Below are positions 28,980 through 38,466 of a DNA stretch of 64,000 nucleotides, piece after piece (the first letter of the stretch is position 1; each line of letters begins with the position of its first letter). Origin of the DNA: Dehalococcoidia bacterium (GTDB taxonomy: Bacteria > Chloroflexota > Dehalococcoidia > Plut-88900); the NCBI GenBank assembly GCA_965207225.1, contig CBDBLV010000005.1, positions 1,696,001-1,760,000 of the forward strand, written 5' to 3'. The notes beneath the pieces are model-generated. The model was given only the letters and a program-made list of their open reading frames with translations. It ran no database searches and was not told the DNA's origin. The position numbers and the translations under genes are program-made.

Positions 28980-29501
28980 ATGGCAGAAGAGCTTAATGGG
29001 CTCAGGCCCGAGAAACTGAACGAGATACTCGAGTCCTTGAAAGACCCCGAGGTCAAGAAGGCCGTCAGCGGCCCCTGGCGCTCCCGCGTCAGGTGGGAGT
29101 CCGGCTTCAAGGGCAAGGCCTACACCCGGACCCACACCGTGGACCTGGACGAGCCCGAAGGCCTGGACGCCACCGACACCGCAGCCTCCGCCCACGAGCA
29201 CATTCTCTCGGCTGTAGGGGGATGCATGATGGTCGGGTTCGTGCTGAATGCTACCAAGCGTGGCATCAAGCTCAACGACCTGGAGATCGCCCTGGAAGGC
29301 CATTTCGACAACATCCTGAAGTGGGCAGGTCTGGACGACGGAAACCCGGGCTACGGTAAGATCAACGCCAAGGTATACGTCTCCGCCGACGCCGATGAAG
29401 ACGCCCTCAGAGAGGTTTGGAAGCTTGCCGTCGAAGGCTCGCCGGTTGCCAACACCGTGGCCCGGGCCACGGAGATCATTCCCGAGTTCGAAAAGGTCTA
29501 G
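28980..29501 (+). CDS. OsmC/Ohr family protein
   Basis: DEPEGL, EHILSAVGGC, GSPV; GGAGG RBS before ATG 28980. Confidence 0.85.
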   Translation: MAEELNGLRPEKLNEILESLKDPEVKKAVSGPWRSRVRWESGFKGKAYTRTHTVDLDEPEGLDATDTAASAHEHILSAVGGCMMVGFVLNATKRGIKLNDLEIALEGHFDNILKWAGLDDGNPGYGKINAKVYVSADADEDALREVWKLAVEGSPVANTVARATEIIPEFEKV

Positions 29502-29533
29502 CGGCTTGCGCCCTTCTTCCCCCTGGCAAAATG

Positions 29534-29570
29534 GAGTTGCCGGAGTAACCACCGCGTTCTCCGGCAACTC
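29534..29570. repeat. Intergenic 12-bp perfect hairpin without U-tract
   Basis: GAGTTGCCGGAG-N13-CTCCGGCAACTC between the OsmC and rhodanese genes. Confidence 0.6.
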
Positions 29571-29594
29571 AAGCGTTAGCGAGGGCAAGGTACA

Positions 29595-30362
29595 TTGAGC
29601 CCCGTTACCTGGGTCTCTCCCGACTGGGTGCACGAACACCTCGCAGACCCTGAAGTTATCCTCCTCGACCCCCGACGGCCGATGAAGTACATGTCGGGTC
29701 ACCTGGAAGGGGCGGTAAACCTGCCCGTTTACACGGCCTTCGACGATCAGGCCCGGCTCATGGACCCCGACTCCCTCTCCCGTTGGGCCGCCGACGCAGG
29801 CCTCTCCAACAACCGCACTCCCCTACTCTACGACTCCGTAGATGGACAGAATGGGGCGATGCTCTCGTGGATTCTCCAGTATCTCGGCTGCCCCGAGGTC
29901 CTGCTCATGGACACCTTCTTCGAAGGTTGGAAGGCCTCGGGCAACGCCGTTTTCTACCGCCCCGTCCCCCCGACTGCCGGAGAATTCTCACCTACGCTCA
30001 ACGAAGACATCAGGGCCCGCTGGGATGACCTGTCGCAGAGCACACCGGCTGGACTGATCGACTTTCGCGGCGAGAAGGAGTACCGGGGAGAGGATGGAGC
30101 AGGCGGGCACATCCCCAACGCACGACACCTGGAATGGCGATCATTAGTAGGTGAAGACAATGCCTACCTGCTGCCTGATGATAAGTTGGCCTCGATGCTG
30201 AGGCCTCTGACGTCGGACTCGGGTAAGGCGATAGCCTACTGCCGGACCGGGCCCCGGGCTTCCCTCGGATTCCTGGCCCTGTCCAAGCTGGGCTATTCAC
30301 CCAGGCTCTACGACGGATCGATGACCGACTGGCTGCGCCGCGGCGGCCCGCTGGAAACCTAG
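29595..30362 (+). CDS. Tandem-domain rhodanese / sulfurtransferase
   Basis: GHLEGA, GHIPNA, active-site YCRTGPRA, LYDGSMTDW. Confidence 0.92.
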   Translation: MSPVTWVSPDWVHEHLADPEVILLDPRRPMKYMSGHLEGAVNLPVYTAFDDQARLMDPDSLSRWAADAGLSNNRTPLLYDSVDGQNGAMLSWILQYLGCPEVLLMDTFFEGWKASGNAVFYRPVPPTAGEFSPTLNEDIRARWDDLSQSTPAGLIDFRGEKEYRGEDGAGGHIPNARHLEWRSLVGEDNAYLLPDDKLASMLRPLTSDSGKAIAYCRTGPRASLGFLALSKLGYSPRLYDGSMTDWLRRGGPLET

Positions 30363-31444
30363 TTAGGCGCGAACCCGTACAAGCCCGCCGCGTTCTCCCT
30401 CACGATCTTCCTCTTAGTATCCTCTCCGAATCCCGCGAACTGCTTTTCTATCACCTCTCGGGAGTTGGGCCATGTTCCCTCGTGGTGGGGGTAGTCGTTG
30501 CCCCATAGCAGACGGTCTGCGCCGTAGTAGTCGAGGGTAGTGAGGGCCACGGGGTCGTCGCCGAAGGTCACGTACCCCTGCCTCTTGAAATACTCGCTGG
30601 GCAGCATATCCAGCTTGGGCCGGGTGAACATGTGGTGTTTCCGGTAGGCCTCGTCCATGGCGTGGAGCTCCCAGGCCAGCCACCCCGCCCCCGACTCCAC
30701 AATCACGAACTCCATGCTCGGGTGGTCCATCAGCACCCCTGACGAGCACAGGTAGACCAGCAGCTCTATCCCGTCCACCAGCGCGCCCATAATGTAGTTG
30801 ATTACCGCGCCGCCCGGGCCCCGTTCAACCCTCGGGTCCCGGCCGCTGCTGATGTGGAAGTTCAGGGGTACTCCTGTCTCTTCTACCGTCTCCCATATTG
30901 GCCTGTATTCGACTCGGTTGTAGGGTGGGTCAACTACGCTGGGCAGGAAGAAAGACCCCATGTCCAGCCCCGCCACCCGACGCATCTCTCCGCACGCCCA
31001 CGGGATGTCAATAACCGGGATCAGCGCCGCCATGGCGAACCTGTCCCGACGGTCTCCGAATAGCTCCATCGCCCAGTCGTTGTAAACGCTGGCGACTTGG
31101 GCCTGGAACTCGGCGTCGGGGGAGCAAGCCATTTCGAGGCCGAAAGTGCCGGGGTATACCACTTCCGCTCCTACTCCGTCGACATCCTGGGCATTCAACC
31201 GGTAGTCGACGTCCCAGCCCTGCACCCGACCCTGTTCTCTCAGCTTGTCCTCATGCGTCTTCTCATCCGAGCCCATGGCCATCTTCTTGGGCCTCATGCC
31301 ATCTTGGATCATCAGCCGCTTGCCGTCCCGCACCTCGATGTGGGGCGCCTTGTGGCGCAGGTGGACCGGGAGCCGTTCCTGCCACAACGACAGGGGCTCG
31401 TCCACGTGGGAGTCGGCGGAGATTAGCTTGGCGTCGAACATCAT
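30359..31444 (-). CDS. Amidohydrolase_2 family protein
   Basis: SADSH, FH, ESGAGW, WGNDYPH. Confidence 0.9.
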   Translation of the reverse strand: MMFDAKLISADSHVDEPLSLWQERLPVHLRHKAPHIEVRDGKRLMIQDGMRPKKMAMGSDEKTHEDKLREQGRVQGWDVDYRLNAQDVDGVGAEVVYPGTFGLEMACSPDAEFQAQVASVYNDWAMELFGDRRDRFAMAALIPVIDIPWACGEMRRVAGLDMGSFFLPSVVDPPYNRVEYRPIWETVEETGVPLNFHISSGRDPRVERGPGGAVINYIMGALVDGIELLVYLCSSGVLMDHPSMEFVIVESGAGWLAWELHAMDEAYRKHHMFTRPKLDMLPSEYFKRQGYVTFGDDPVALTTLDYYGADRLLWGNDYPHHEGTWPNSREVIEKQFAGFGEDTKRKIVRENAAGLYGFAPN

Positions 31445-31522
31445 GCCCTCCTCTTTGCATCACTGTAACACAACGGCCTTCACCTCTGGCATCACAATCC
31501 TGCAACCCTTATCATCCCCCGC

Positions 31523-32992
31523 ATGGTCTGGAAGGAAGTCTACGAGTCCCGTCTCACATCGGCTGAAGGCGCCGCCCGGGTTATCAAGTCCGGCGACCTC
31601 GTCTACGTGCCCGCACCTCCCCACCCCCAGTTGATTCTACAGGCCCTCGCCGACCGTCGAGACGAACTACATGACGTAAAGGCCTGCATCGACAGCCACG
31701 TCTTCGACCCCGGCTGGCTGCAATCGGACTGGGGAGACTCATTCCACATCGTCACCGAGCAGTTCCTGGGTCTCGGGATCGAGGCCTACAACGACCGGCT
31801 AATCGACTACTCGCCCCTGTTAAACACAACCCGCATCCCCAGCATAGAGGCACTTGGTGGCGCCAAGCCCATTGACGTACTCATGGTCCTGGTTTCTAGT
31901 CCCGATGAAGGTGGGTTTTGCAGCTTCGGTTACGCGCCCTGGGACAAGGCCCGGCTCGCCGGCCTCTCGAAAGTGGTTATCGCCCAGGTCGACGAGAGCC
32001 AGATACGTACCCACGGCCAGAACTACATCCACGTTAACAACATCGACCTGTTCGTGGAACACACCGCGCCCCTGCTCACGGGCGAAGAGGTCAGTCAGAC
32101 AATTAAGTCTTCTTCTGACGCTGAGGTGTGCTCCCTCCTTACGGACTTACTCCCTAAGATAAGCCCCGAAGAGCAGGCCCGATACCTCCCCGAGTTGGCG
32201 CCCCTGACGGCAAAGCAGGTGCGGGCCTTCGCGTCGCGCATGGGATGGACCGACCCGCCCGAAACCGCGAGAAGAGTTGCGAACTACGTTGCAGAACTGA
32301 TACCCGACGGAGCGACCCTCCAGACCGGCATAGGTACGCCCGGCGGCTACCTTCCGATTCTCGGGACCTTCGATTGCAACAAGGACCTGGGATGGCATTC
32401 GGAGTTGGTCGCCCCGGGGGCTCTCTCACTGATAGAGAAGGGCATTTTCACCGGGGCCCGGAAGACCATCCACCGGGACAAGGCGATATTCACGTGCCTC
32501 CACGGCGCAACAGAGGCCGAGCTCCGGTTTGCCCACAACAACCCTGCCATCGAGCTTCTACCATCCGACTACGTGGTCAGCGCCCGCACCGTGGCACGAC
32601 ACGACAACATGATTTCCATTAACAACGCCCTGTCGGTAGACCTCACGGGCCAAATTAACGCCGAGACGGTTTTCGGAGGCAGGCAGATCAGCGGAACGGG
32701 TGGCCAGCTCGACTTCCAGCTTGGGGCCATCATGTCCAACGGGGGTCGGGCTCTGACCCTGCTCTGGTCCACTGCGCTTGATGGGGCAGTGTCGAGAATC
32801 GTGCCGCAGCTGGAGGAGAGGAGCGTGGTTACCGTGCCTCGCACCTTCGCCGACACCATAGTCACGGAATACGGCGTGGCCCGGCTGCTGGGCAAGTCCA
32901 ACCGGGAGCGAGCCCGGGAACTGATCAACGTCGCCCACCCCGACTTCCGCCCCGAGCTAAAACGGGCCGCCGAGCGGCTGTTTTATCCTTAA
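31523..32992 (+). CDS. Acetyl-CoA hydrolase / 4-hydroxybutyrate CoA-transferase family
   Basis: GATLQTGIG, HSE catalytic Glu, SGTGGQLDF, VTEYGVA, AHPDFR. Confidence 0.92.
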   Translation: MVWKEVYESRLTSAEGAARVIKSGDLVYVPAPPHPQLILQALADRRDELHDVKACIDSHVFDPGWLQSDWGDSFHIVTEQFLGLGIEAYNDRLIDYSPLLNTTRIPSIEALGGAKPIDVLMVLVSSPDEGGFCSFGYAPWDKARLAGLSKVVIAQVDESQIRTHGQNYIHVNNIDLFVEHTAPLLTGEEVSQTIKSSSDAEVCSLLTDLLPKISPEEQARYLPELAPLTAKQVRAFASRMGWTDPPETARRVANYVAELIPDGATLQTGIGTPGGYLPILGTFDCNKDLGWHSELVAPGALSLIEKGIFTGARKTIHRDKAIFTCLHGATEAELRFAHNNPAIELLPSDYVVSARTVARHDNMISINNALSVDLTGQINAETVFGGRQISGTGGQLDFQLGAIMSNGGRALTLLWSTALDGAVSRIVPQLEERSVVTVPRTFADTIVTEYGVARLLGKSNRERARELINVAHPDFRPELKRAAERLFYP

Positions 32993-33089
32993 CCGCTCCA
33001 TACTAATCCCCCGCCACTCACCACCCTTGCGGCGGTGTTAATATTTAGATTACGCAACTCTTCTAGCAAGGCGTACGGAAACCACTCAA

Positions 33090-34382
33090 GTGCGAGTCGA
33101 ACTGGCATACGGGACCTCCGGGCTGACCATCGAACTGCCCGACGACCGGACTACGGTCATCGAACCCGACTATCCACCACCCCTCCCCGACCCCCAGTCC
33201 GCCATCCTTAATGCCCTCCGCAACCCCATCGACTCCCCTACGCTGCGTTCGCTCGCCCGCAATGGTCAATCCGTTGCCATCTCCGTCTGCGATGTGACTC
33301 GGCCCGTACCCACCGCCGAGATCGTTCCGGTCCTGCTGGATGAGCTTGACCACCTTCCCAAAGACCGGATAACCATACTGGTTGCCACGGGCACTCACAG
33401 GTCTAACTCCCACGAAGAACTGGAGCGGATGCTCGGGCCCGAGGTTGTTGCCAACTATCCTGTCATCTGTCACAACGCCTTTGACCCCAATGCCCTGGTC
33501 TCTGCCGCCCCACCCGTAGACGGCGTGCCCGTGCTGTTGAACCGCCATTGGGTGGATGCCGACGTGTGCATTACCCTCGGCCTCGTCGAACCCCACTTCT
33601 TCGCGGGGTTCAGCGGAGGGCCCAAGATGGTTGCCCCGGGGCTCGCGGGCGTCGAGACCATAATGAAGCTCCATTCTGCCCCCCTCATCGCCCACCCCGA
33701 CGCCACGTGGGCGGTCACCGAGGCCAACCCCGTCCACGATGCCATACGCCGGATAGCTCGGGATACGGGGGTGAGCTTTGCCATTGATGTCACGGTTGAC
33801 GATGAACACCGGATTACCAGCGTCCATGCAGGGGAACTCTTTGCCGAGCATTCCGGGGCCTGTGAGTTCGCCCGCAGCGTCACCATGCGCCCCGCCCCCG
33901 AGCCCTTTGACGTTGTAATTACCACCAACAGCGGCTATCCCCTGGACCTGAACCTGTACCAGGCCGTGAAGGGGCTTTCTGCTGCGGCACGGGTGGTCAG
34001 GCCGGGCGGCTCCATAATCTGCGCCGCCGAGTGTCGGGACGGCATCCCTGAGCATGGCGACTACAAGTCCCTGCTCACTTCCCGGAAATCGCCTGAAGAC
34101 CTGCTGTCCATGGTCGAAGCGCCCGGATTCTCCCGCCAGGACCAGTGGCAGGTCCAGATACAGGCCCAAATCCAGCTCAAAGCCAACGTGTATCTCAAGT
34201 CCGACTACCTGACCCCCGACCAAGTAAGGTCGGCCCACATCCGCCCGGTTGCAGACCTGCAGGCTACGGTGGATGAAGTTATCGATTCTTACGGCCCCGA
34301 CGCCACGGTCTGCGTGCTGCCCCAGGGCCCCCAGACAATAGCCTATGTAGACGAATCGCTCCTGGCAGGAGTGGGCGCATGA
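33090..34382 (+). CDS. larA: Nickel-pincer-dependent lactate racemase family protein
   Basis: DVTRP, ATGTHR, EPHFFAGFSGGPK, NLYQAVKG, DQWQ. Confidence 0.92.
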   Translation: MRVELAYGTSGLTIELPDDRTTVIEPDYPPPLPDPQSAILNALRNPIDSPTLRSLARNGQSVAISVCDVTRPVPTAEIVPVLLDELDHLPKDRITILVATGTHRSNSHEELERMLGPEVVANYPVICHNAFDPNALVSAAPPVDGVPVLLNRHWVDADVCITLGLVEPHFFAGFSGGPKMVAPGLAGVETIMKLHSAPLIAHPDATWAVTEANPVHDAIRRIARDTGVSFAIDVTVDDEHRITSVHAGELFAEHSGACEFARSVTMRPAPEPFDVVITTNSGYPLDLNLYQAVKGLSAAARVVRPGGSIICAAECRDGIPEHGDYKSLLTSRKSPEDLLSMVEAPGFSRQDQWQVQIQAQIQLKANVYLKSDYLTPDQVRSAHIRPVADLQATVDEVIDSYGPDATVCVLPQGPQTIAYVDESLLAGVGA

Positions 34383-34392
34383 GGTTTCAGCC

Positions 34393-36642
34393 ATGACCAA
34401 CGTTTACCGTTTCATCGACGAGTGCGAGGACAAGGCCCTTCTCGGCAACAAGGGGGCCAACCTGGTCACCATGACAAGGCTCGGTCTGCCCGTGCCCCCC
34501 GGATTCGTCGTCTCCATCGATGCCTTCAAGGAGTACCGCAACAGCAATACTCTGCCCATGGACGAGATTGACGAAGCCCTGGCTTGGCTAGGGGAGTCCC
34601 TGGGACGCGACTTTGACGACGGCCTGATGGTCTCGGTCCGGTCGTCGGCGCCCGTATCCATGCCCGGCATGATGGACACCGTCCTCAACGTCTCCAGCCG
34701 GGAGCAGATGGTCGAGTGCCTGAAGACCGTGTTCGGCTCCTGGGACAACCCACGGGCCAACGAGTACCGGCGCCTCCACGACATCTCTGCAGACATCGGC
34801 ACCTCCGCGGTCGTCCAGTCCATGGTGATGGGCAACCACGACGAGATGTCGGGCACCGGGGTTGTTTTCAGCCGGAACCCGAGCACCGGCGCCCGGGGCC
34901 TCTTCGGAGAGTACCTGCCCGTGGCCCAGGGCGAGGACCTGGTGTCTGGTGTCAGGACTCCGCAAAGCATCGACGCCCTGAAGAACCAGATGCCGGATGT
35001 TTATCAAGAGCTGGAAAACCTCTCCCGCGACCTCGAAAACCACTTCCACGACATGCAGGACGTCGAGTTCACCGTGGAATCAGGCACGCTCTATATGCTC
35101 CAGACCCGCTCCGGCAAACGCAGCGGCGAGGCTGCTGTCAAGATAGCCGTGGACATGGTGGAGGACGGCCTGCTCACCCAGGACGAGGCCCTGCTCCGCA
35201 TCACCCCCGACGACATACGGGCACTCCTGCACAACCGCATCCAGTTCCCGGAGCGTCACCAACCCATAGCCCGAGGCCTGAACGCCGCACCGGGCGCCGT
35301 TTCCGGCAGGGTCGTATTCGACCCCCTGGAGGCCGTATCGATGTCCAAGGCCACGGATGGCGTGATCCTTGTCCGACCAGAAACCAGCCCCGACGACATA
35401 CAAGGCATTGCCGCTGCAGGTGGAGTGCTCACTTCTCGGGGCGGGCTAACCTCCCACGCTGCCATCGTCACCCGGGCCATGGGCAAACCTTGCGTCTGCG
35501 GCGCAGAGGAAGTCACTGTTGATCTTACAAACGAGTCTTTCACTGTGGGCGACGTAGTAGTGCGCAAAGGTGACGTTATAACCGTGGACGGGTCCAGCGG
35601 CAGTGTGTATCAGGGCGCCTTGGCCCTTCTGGAAGCCGAGGCCACCCCCGAGCTTGCCAAGCTCCTGAGCTGGGCCGACGATACCAAGCAGATCGGGGTC
35701 TGGGGCAACGCCGATACCGCAGAAGGCGTCGCCCTTGCCAGGAAACACGGCGCCGAGGGCATAGGTCTCTGCCGCACCGAGCGCCAGTTCACGGGAAAAT
35801 TGCGCCTTGACGCTATCCGCGACTTCATCCTCAGCGATTCCAATGATGAAGAAGAACGGGCCCTCGCCAATCTCCGTGACCTCCAGAAGACCGACTTCCT
35901 AACCCTCTTCCGCGCCCTTGAAGATACGCCAATCATAATCCGCCTGCTGGACCTCCCCCTCCACGAGTTCCTCCCCGCAGACCTGGAAACGGAAGATCCC
36001 AGGCTGAAACAGCGCATCGAGGACCTCCACGAGGTGAACCCGATGCTCGGGCACCGGGGGGTGCGGCTGGCTGTGACCACGCCTCGGGTGTACGCCATGC
36101 AGGTGGAAGCCATCGCCGAGGCTCAAGCCGAGACCGGGGCCCGGGTCTCCATCATGGTCCCCCAGGTGATTACCCTTCAAGAGCTGCTCTGGGTGAAGAA
36201 ACACATCGAGGGCAAGGGCTTCCGCATAGGCATCATGATGGAGACTGTCCGCGCCTGCATGCGCGCAGCACCACTCGCCGACGAGGCGGGCTTCTTCTCC
36301 TTCGGCACCAACGACCTAACCCAGGCCGTCTACTCCTTCTCCCGGGAGGACGCCGAGAAGAAGTTCCTGACCACCTACCTGGACAACAGCCTCCTGGACG
36401 ACAACCCCTTCGAGATAATCGACGTAAAGGGCGTGGGTCGACTGATGGAGACGGCCATCGGCTGGGCCCGAGAGGAGAAGCCGAGCCTGGAAATCGGTGT
36501 CTGCGGTGAGCACGCCGGCGAGCCCCGCTCCATCCGCTTCTTCCACGATGCCGGAGTCACCTACGTCAGCTGCAGCCCCTACCGCATTCCCATAGCCAAG
36601 CTGACTGCAGCCCAGGGCGCCATCCTCAACCCGCGAGCCTAA
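34393..36642 (+). CDS. ppdK: Pyruvate phosphate dikinase (short, 749 aa)
   Basis: GNKGANL, SMPGMMDT, QGEDLVSG, GGLTSHAA phospho-His, GLCRTE, SFGTNDLTQ, GVCGEH. Confidence 0.93.
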   Translation: MTNVYRFIDECEDKALLGNKGANLVTMTRLGLPVPPGFVVSIDAFKEYRNSNTLPMDEIDEALAWLGESLGRDFDDGLMVSVRSSAPVSMPGMMDTVLNVSSREQMVECLKTVFGSWDNPRANEYRRLHDISADIGTSAVVQSMVMGNHDEMSGTGVVFSRNPSTGARGLFGEYLPVAQGEDLVSGVRTPQSIDALKNQMPDVYQELENLSRDLENHFHDMQDVEFTVESGTLYMLQTRSGKRSGEAAVKIAVDMVEDGLLTQDEALLRITPDDIRALLHNRIQFPERHQPIARGLNAAPGAVSGRVVFDPLEAVSMSKATDGVILVRPETSPDDIQGIAAAGGVLTSRGGLTSHAAIVTRAMGKPCVCGAEEVTVDLTNESFTVGDVVVRKGDVITVDGSSGSVYQGALALLEAEATPELAKLLSWADDTKQIGVWGNADTAEGVALARKHGAEGIGLCRTERQFTGKLRLDAIRDFILSDSNDEEERALANLRDLQKTDFLTLFRALEDTPIIIRLLDLPLHEFLPADLETEDPRLKQRIEDLHEVNPMLGHRGVRLAVTTPRVYAMQVEAIAEAQAETGARVSIMVPQVITLQELLWVKKHIEGKGFRIGIMMETVRACMRAAPLADEAGFFSFGTNDLTQAVYSFSREDAEKKFLTTYLDNSLLDDNPFEIIDVKGVGRLMETAIGWAREEKPSLEIGVCGEHAGEPRSIRFFHDAGVTYVSCSPYRIPIAKLTAAQGAILNPRA

Positions 36643-36745
36643 TATGCCGAGGCACCCGTACTCGTTGCTGCCCTCACTGGCCGACACATACACTTACACC
36701 ATATTGAGCATGTGGTAACATGCTCCTTGACTGCTCGTCCCCACC

Positions 36746-36937
36746 ATGCCGAAAGTGCGAGAAGCCATACGCATCGTCGAGAGGGACGGTTGGCAGCTAG
36801 ATCGAATGAAGGGCAGCCACCGACAATACAAACATCCGGTCAAACCCGGAACCGTAACCATAGCCGGGCATCCAAGTCGTGATCTGAACAAAGACACATG
36901 GCGAAGCATCTTACGGCAAGCTGGTCTTCGGAGGTGA
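36746..36937 (+). CDS. hicA: HicA family toxin
   Basis: DGW...KGSHRQYKHP.KPGTVTI...ILRQAGL. Confidence 0.93.
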   Translation: MPKVREAIRIVERDGWQLDRMKGSHRQYKHPVKPGTVTIAGHPSRDLNKDTWRSILRQAGLRR

Positions 36938-36942
36938 AGACG

Positions 36943-37293
36943 ATGAGCCTGACTTACGTGGTGGTCTTTGAACAGACCCCTAACAATTACTGCGCCTACA
37001 TTCCCGATCTTCCTGGCTGCGTCTCTGCAGACAAGACCTGGGATGGCATCAAGGCAATGATCAAAGAGGCCATAGAGTTCCACATCGAGGGCATCCAACT
37101 CGATGGCGAACCCGTGCCCCCTCCGCAAATGTCCATTGAGGACGCCCTGGCTTACCACCGTTCCACCCCCAACGACTACGGCGGCTACTTCCCAGCCCCC
37201 GACAACCTGGAAAAAGAAGACCCCGTCGCCATTCTGGAGATTGAGGTGGAGGTCAACCTGGAAGGCGTTTCCGCTACTGCCGCGGGCGGTTAG
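36943..37293 (+). CDS. hicB: HicB family antitoxin
   Basis: YVVVFE...AYIPDLPGC...EAIEFHIEG; directly after hicA. Confidence 0.92.
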   Translation: MSLTYVVVFEQTPNNYCAYIPDLPGCVSADKTWDGIKAMIKEAIEFHIEGIQLDGEPVPPPQMSIEDALAYHRSTPNDYGGYFPAPDNLEKEDPVAILEIEVEVNLEGVSATAAGG

Positions 37294-37345
37294 GACACGC
37301 CCAGTCCTGGGGTGTCAGTGGGGCTTCCCCCGACCAACATTTGTC

Positions 37346-38281
37346 ATGACCAGCCTCACCTTCGGCATGTCCTTCCACGAGACCTACCAGTATTCGCGGC
37401 AGGGAGTCATCGACTACGCCCGGGCCATCGAGTCCCTCGGCTTTGACACCCTCTGGATTACCGAGGACGTTCACTCCGGCGCCGACGCCCTTGAACCCCT
37501 CACGACCCTCTCCTTCATGGCCGCCCATACGGAACGCGTCACCCTCGGCCCGTCAGTCATCATCCTGCCCTTGCGAAACGCCGTCGGCATCGCCCACGCC
37601 CTCGCCACGCTGGACCGGCTGTCGGGTGGAAGGCTTATCTTTGGGGTTGGGACGGGCGGGACCGTCCCCGGCTCCTTCGAAGCATACGGAGCTTCTGCCC
37701 GGACCCGAGGCCGCTACTGTAATGAAGCCCTGGAAGCGATCAAATCACTATGGACGGGCGAGCCGGTATCCTTCTCCGGAAAGCTGTTGGAACTGGACGA
37801 ATACGTCCTCGAGGGCAGGCCTATTCAAAAGCCCCACCCGCCAATTTGGATAGGGGGAACGGCTGAGGGAGTCTTGAAAAGAGTCGCCCGTTTCGCCGAT
37901 GGATACATCCCCCACAGCATCAGCCCCGAGATGTACCAGCAGTTATGGGCTAGGATTGAAAAGTACTGTGAGGCTGAGGGTCGAGACCCGACCACCATCA
38001 CCAAAGCAATCCAGTTCTATTTCTGCATCGCCGACACCCGGGCTGAGGCCCAGCGTATCGCCGAGAAAGCCCTCGAACACCGCTACCAGCGCAAAATGTC
38101 CCTCGTCCCGACCCCCGACACCCACTACGCCATCGGGACCCCTGATGACATCGCCCGCACCATCCATACCTTCGCTGACATGGGAGGCACCCACTTCGCC
38201 TTCTCCAACGCTCGGTCCCCGCACCAGGTCATGCCCCAGATCGAGACCTTGGCCACCCACATCATCCCACGTTTCCGCTAA
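37346..38281 (+). CDS. LLM-class flavin-dependent oxidoreductase
   Basis: GFDTLW, ATLDRLSGGRLIFGVG, PIQKPHPPIWIGG. Confidence 0.92.
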   Translation: MTSLTFGMSFHETYQYSRQGVIDYARAIESLGFDTLWITEDVHSGADALEPLTTLSFMAAHTERVTLGPSVIILPLRNAVGIAHALATLDRLSGGRLIFGVGTGGTVPGSFEAYGASARTRGRYCNEALEAIKSLWTGEPVSFSGKLLELDEYVLEGRPIQKPHPPIWIGGTAEGVLKRVARFADGYIPHSISPEMYQQLWARIEKYCEAEGRDPTTITKAIQFYFCIADTRAEAQRIAEKALEHRYQRKMSLVPTPDTHYAIGTPDDIARTIHTFADMGGTHFAFSNARSPHQVMPQIETLATHIIPRFR

Positions 38282-38466
38282 CATCCCTCCCCTGCCCTCC
38301 ATAGAGACGACCCGCCCCCGGCATTGTGTATACTTGCCGAACCGAAGGCCGCTGCTTCTGGAAACCACATGCGCCGACGCCTCTCAAACCTTCGGCGTCT
38401 CCCCTCGATACACTTGGCGGCATGAATTGGTAGCCATTAAACAGGTCTAGCGGAAGCCCCGACTTG

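Noticed and set aside
33063-34400. Long antisense ORFs (also 39148-40389, 55427-56818, 57011-58321, 17849-18805)
   Set aside because: They mirror well-supported genes; expected from GC-rich codon bias and carry no motifs
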